Shown one piece after another: positions 6,709-10,273 of a stretch of DNA of 10,273 nt. The translations under genes were made by a program, and so were the position numbers. Source of the stretch: Sulfurimonadaceae bacterium (GTDB lineage: Bacteria > Campylobacterota > Campylobacteria > Campylobacterales > Sulfurimonadaceae); contig JBFESZ010000074.1 of assembly GCA_041548245.1 (NCBI GenBank), forward strand, positions 1-10,273. Reading direction: 5' to 3'. The stretch's first letter is position 1; the number at the start of each line of letters is the position of its first letter. Below the pieces are notes generated by a model. The model saw only the letters and a program-made list of their open reading frames with translations, did not search any database and had not been told where the DNA came from.

Positions 6709-6735
6709 TAACTCTATTAAAAAACCCTCTGAGAC

Positions 6736-8316
6736 CTAAGAAATAATCCTGTCGAGCATGAATTGAATGGAAGTACGTCCATTAAAGACATTTTTATTGA
6801 GGGTATATGAGCAGGTGATATTCTGACCTGCATGGAGTTCTTCATCACAGCGAAAATACATCAAATCATAGGTATGTGCATCCCTTGCATCCAGACGCAA
6901 TTCGATCTTTGCGTGCTCCTTCTCTTTTCCCAGGCGTTTGACGGAAACAATCTGCGCGCCTGAGGCTAGGAATCTAGGTCGAGGATTGGCTTCCCCGTAA
7001 GGCTCAAACCGCTCCAAAAGCTCTAATAGTTCAAAGTCAATGGCAGAGCTCTCGATTTCACCTAATATCTCTTCTTGTGGAATGTAATCTTCATCAGGAA
7101 TCGTTGCCGCACTTCTGTTGATGGCAGCTTTGAAGCTTTCAATGTTCTGCACCTTCAATCCAAGGCCTGCTGCCATCTTATGTCCACCAAACTTCTCTAG
7201 TAACTTTTCCTGTTCTTTGATAAGAGAGTAGATGCTGATTTCACCAATACTTCGGGCCGAACCCTTTGCAATGCCATTCTCAATTGAAAGTACAATGGCA
7301 GGTTTCCCAAATCTTTGGACTAAACGTGAGGCAACGATACCTACAACACCTTCATGCCAGCCTTCGTTGGCAACAACAATAATATTGTCCTGTGCGGAGA
7401 CTTGTCTTATTGCATGCTCTGTGGCTTCAGCTTCTGTCGCTTTACGGATCTGATTAAGCTGGTCTAGCAGTTCATATTGTCTGTAAGCAGTGTGTTCGTT
7501 TTCGGCTGTTAGGAAGGCCAGGGCGACAGAGGCATCTTCCATACGGCCTGCACTATTGATGCGAGGGGCTATTTGAAAGGCGATGTCCTCTGCAGACAGC
7601 TTGTCCTTTACCAGCATGTCCCTGATGATGACCATGCAGGAACGGCCAGAGCGTGACATCTGCTCGAGTCCTTTAATGACAAGGGTACGGTTGATGTCCT
7701 GTAAAGGCATGACATCGGCGACTATTGCCAGGGACAAGAGGTCTAAAAATTGTCCAAGATCGACAGAAGAGTTTATCTCTTTTTTTATAAGTCCCATTAA
7801 CAGCCAAGCGACTTGGGCACCGCAAATCTCTTTAAAAGGGTAGGCACAGGTATCGAGTTTTGGATTGACAATGGCAAAGGCATTCGGCAAGGTTGATGAT
7901 GGTGTATGATGGTCTGTAATGATCAGGTCAATTCCGCGTTTTTTACAGGCTTCGGCCGCTCCAAATGCATTGATTCCATTATCGACAGTGATGACCAGGT
8001 CGGCTTCAATGCGTTCGATGATTTTTTCGGAGACACCATATCCATCGGTAAAACGATTGGGGATAGTAGCTTCGATAGGATAGCCGATTGCCTTGAAAAA
8101 CTCGATCATCAATGCTGTTGAAGTTACTCCATCAACGTCATAATCCCCGACGATATAAATCTTCTCATGCTGTTGTATAGCAGCGGCGATACGCTTGGCC
8201 GATTTTACACCATCATGCAAAAGGGAGGGATCGGGTATGTCAGAGAGTTTTTTTAACCCCGTGCTAAAGCGCTGAGAGAGTATCTCGTGAAGACGCGCTT
8301 TGGAGAGTTTAGGCAT
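6736..8316 (-). CDS. recJ: Single-stranded-DNA-specific exonuclease RecJ
   Basis: DHH-family motifs [67 protein letters not shown]. Confidence 0.97.
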   Translation of the reverse strand: MPKLSKARLHEILSQRFSTGLKKLSDIPDPSLLHDGVKSAKRIAAAIQQHEKIYIVGDYDVDGVTSTALMIEFFKAIGYPIEATIPNRFTDGYGVSEKIIERIEADLVITVDNGINAFGAAEACKKRGIDLIITDHHTPSSTLPNAFAIVNPKLDTCAYPFKEICGAQVAWLLMGLIKKEINSSVDLGQFLDLLSLAIVADVMPLQDINRTLVIKGLEQMSRSGRSCMVIIRDMLVKDKLSAEDIAFQIAPRINSAGRMEDASVALAFLTAENEHTAYRQYELLDQLNQIRKATEAEATEHAIRQVSAQDNIIVVANEGWHEGVVGIVASRLVQRFGKPAIVLSIENGIAKGSARSIGEISIYSLIKEQEKLLEKFGGHKMAAGLGLKVQNIESFKAAINRSAATIPDEDYIPQEEILGEIESSAIDFELLELLERFEPYGEANPRPRFLASGAQIVSVKRLGKEKEHAKIELRLDARDAHTYDLMYFRCDEELHAGQNITCSYTLNKNVFNGRTSIQFMLDRIIS

Positions 8317-9928
8317 TAGCGGCCATGGAAGCCTTTACAAAGGCTAATATAGATGGATTTGGTGATGTAAGGCGTGAAGTGAATTCAGGATGAAACTGCA
8401 CACCCAGGAACCATGGATGGTCTTTGATCTCTACCGCTTCGATGAGACCGTTTGATTCACCGGTAACAATCATACCGGCTTTTTCAAGCTGATCTCTGTA
8501 AGCAGGATTGGCTTCATAGCGGTGACGGTGACGTTCATAGATCACTTTTTCCCCATATGCTTCGCGCAGATGTGATTTTGCTTTTGTGTCACATGGGTAT
8601 TCGCCAAGACGCAGTGTTCCCCCCATAGGAGATTGATGCGTACGAAGCTCTTTTGTACCTGATTGGTTGATGAAATTATCAATAAGATAAATCATTGGGT
8701 TGGTGGTGTCTGGATCAAACTCTATGGAGTTCGCATCTTTGAGTCCAAGAACATTTCTGGCATATTCGACCAGTGTCAACTGCATACCCAAACAGATACC
8801 TAGATAAGGGACTTTGTTGACACGTGCATATTCAATAGCCAGGATCTTTCCTTCAACCCCGCGGTTTCCAAACCCACCTGCGACAAGAACACCGTCACAA
8901 TCACCAAGAAGAGCTTCAGCTCCTTTTGTCTCGATGTCTTCAGAGTCTACCCAGCAGATTTCAACACGTGTATCCAGGTGTGCACCACAATGAATGAGGG
9001 ATTCGATTAGAGACTTATACGACTCTTTAAGCTCGAGGTATTTACCTACAAAGCCAATGGTGACTCTGTCGCTTGGCTGAACGATCTTTTTGACCAGAGC
9101 ATCCCACTCGTCCATATCCGGGACAAGCTCACCAAGCTCAAGCTCTTTGGCTATAGGAGCAAGGATGTTTTGTTGCATATAGCTGATAGGTACAGCATAG
9201 ATGGTTGCGGCGTCAAGGGCTTCGATGACACAGTCCTGGCTGACATCACAGGCAATAGCCAGTTTTTTCTTGAAGCTTTTTGGAAGAGATTTTTCGCTTC
9301 TTGTGATGATCATTTGAGGGGTGATACCGATACGGCGAAGTTCCTGTACAGAGTGTTGTGTCGGTTTTGACTTGTGTTCTCCGGCTGCCTTGATGTAAGG
9401 GATGAGGGTGACGTGAATAAAAAATGTTCCGGCAACCTCTTCATCATGCTTCATCGTACGAATGGCTTCCATGTACGGTAGTCCTTCAATATCACCTACG
9501 GTACCGCCAAGTTCAACGATAAGGATATCATGCCCTTCTCCGGCTTGCTTGATGCGGTTGACGATCTCACCGACGATGTGTGGAACAACTTGTATGGTCT
9601 GACCGAGGTATCCACCGGCACGTTCACGCTCAATGACGGATGAGTAGACCTGTCCCGTAGTAAAGTTAGAGGTTTTTAGGTAAGAGGTGTCAAGAAAACG
9701 CTCGTAGTTTCCTATATCCAGGTCGGTTTCTGCACCGTCTTTGGTGACAAAGACCTCTCCGTGTTCAAGCGGAGACATGGTACCCGGGTCAACATTGATG
9801 TAAGGGTCAACTTTAAGCATACCGACTTTTTGACCTGAACTTTTAAGCAAGGTACCAAGACTAGCCGCTGTGATTCCTTTACCTAGACTACTTAAAACCC
9901 CACCCGTTACGAAAATATATTTTGTCAT
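8309..9928 (-). CDS. pyrG: CTP synthase
   Basis: [46 protein letters not shown], glutaminase motifs [25 protein letters not shown] at 9928 is preferred over TTG at 9931 (SD-like AAGGG upstream). Overlaps the recJ start by 8 nt. Confidence 0.98.
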   Translation of the reverse strand: MTKYIFVTGGVLSSLGKGITAASLGTLLKSSGQKVGMLKVDPYINVDPGTMSPLEHGEVFVTKDGAETDLDIGNYERFLDTSYLKTSNFTTGQVYSSVIERERAGGYLGQTIQVVPHIVGEIVNRIKQAGEGHDILIVELGGTVGDIEGLPYMEAIRTMKHDEEVAGTFFIHVTLIPYIKAAGEHKSKPTQHSVQELRRIGITPQMIITRSEKSLPKSFKKKLAIACDVSQDCVIEALDAATIYAVPISYMQQNILAPIAKELELGELVPDMDEWDALVKKIVQPSDRVTIGFVGKYLELKESYKSLIESLIHCGAHLDTRVEICWVDSEDIETKGAEALLGDCDGVLVAGGFGNRGVEGKILAIEYARVNKVPYLGICLGMQLTLVEYARNVLGLKDANSIEFDPDTTNPMIYLIDNFINQSGTKELRTHQSPMGGTLRLGEYPCDTKAKSHLREAYGEKVIYERHRHRYEANPAYRDQLEKAGMIVTGESNGLIEAVEIKDHPWFLGVQFHPEFTSRLTSPNPSILAFVKASMAANA

Positions 9929-9963
9929 CAAGTTGCCCTTAGAGTAAATGTTTTATTATGCGA

Positions 9964-9971
9964 ATTATAAC
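9964..9971 (-). promoter_or_regulatory. Sigma70-type -10 (gtTATAAT) for pyrG-recJ
   Basis: Perfect TATAAT with the Campylobacterota gnTAnaAT context, about 35 nt upstream of the pyrG start. Confidence 0.6.
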
Positions 9972-10089
9972 TCAAAAAGCTTTACCTTCGGTAATGCGAG
10001 TGTCATAAGACAATAAATTTCAGGATGAACAGAAACTAGAAAATAGCACCATTTTGATTGGATATTAGGATATCATGCATCCAGTAGTA

Positions 10090-10095
10090 TACAAT
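10090..10095 (+). promoter_or_regulatory. Possible -10 (TACAAT) for the antiporter gene
   Basis: TACAAT 29 nt upstream of ATG 10125. An alternative, gaTATCAT, lies at 10071-10076. Confidence 0.35.
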
Positions 10096-10124
10096 ATGGT
10101 TTTAATCGGATGATAGGGATGTAA

Positions 10125-10273
10125 ATGGATACGATTTTATTGTATGTGGTTGTTGCCTTAGGGGTATCAACGGTATTGAATATTATTTTAAAACAGTTGG
10201 GTATATCACAGGTGATTGGCTATATCTTGACGGGTACGGCTCTGGCATATGCTTTTGATATACAGCATCAAGA
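10125..10273 (+). CDS. Cation:proton antiporter (CPA2, KefB/KefC-like potassium efflux protein), N-terminal fragment
   Basis: Manual translation MDTILLYVVVALGVSTVLNIILKQLGISQVIGYILTGTALAYAFDIQHQ shows a hydrophobic TM1 and the typical CPA2 motif LGIS.VIGYILTG. SD-like AGGGA upstream; open to the window end. Confidence 0.82.
   Translation, partial: MDTILLYVVVALGVSTVLNIILKQLGISQVIGYILTGTALAYAFDIQHQ

Noticed and set aside
6719..6735. Possible terminator after recJ (minus strand CTCAGAGGG-TTTTTT)
   Set aside because: A U-tract is present but no stable stem can be drawn.
5370..9370. Plus-strand ORFs inside sqr, recJ and pyrG (5370-5558, 6101-6370, 6255-6746, 7232-7453, 7583-7843, 7906-8121, 9170-9370)
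   Set aside because: Antisense shadows of conserved genes.
9929..9963. Possible CTP-sensing attenuator or reiterative-transcription leader for pyrG
   Set aside because: No GGGC start and no terminator hairpin as in Bacillus pyrG. The leader is short and AT-rich.

Overview
Chromosomal window that looks like a Campylobacterota sulfur oxidiser, probably Sulfurimonas-like; this is inferred from the PyrG sequence style, pyrG-recJ synteny and a Tat-exported type II SQR. The right half is housekeeping and metabolic: the start of a KefB/KefC-like cation:proton antiporter (+), divergent from pyrG-recJ (-), followed by a Tat-signal sulfide:quinone oxidoreductase (-). The left half (1-5178) is a poorly characterised block. 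It holds a 7-bladed WD40-like beta-propeller protein with a helical tail (-, partial, missed by the ORF track) and a 143-aa protein behind a good sigma54 promoter. It also holds a convergent 134-aa protein resembling the C. jejuni FedB/Cj0391c (DUF5610-like) family, a 506-aa coiled-coil protein and a tandem-receiver HD-GYP phosphodiesterase. The most notable non-coding signals are a long palindrome between the two divergent, probably leaderless genes (1116-1150) and a cluster of six GGAT motifs upstream of the antiporter. I saw no rRNA, tRNA, CRISPR array or mobile element. Family assignments are by eye and from memory, not from database searches.
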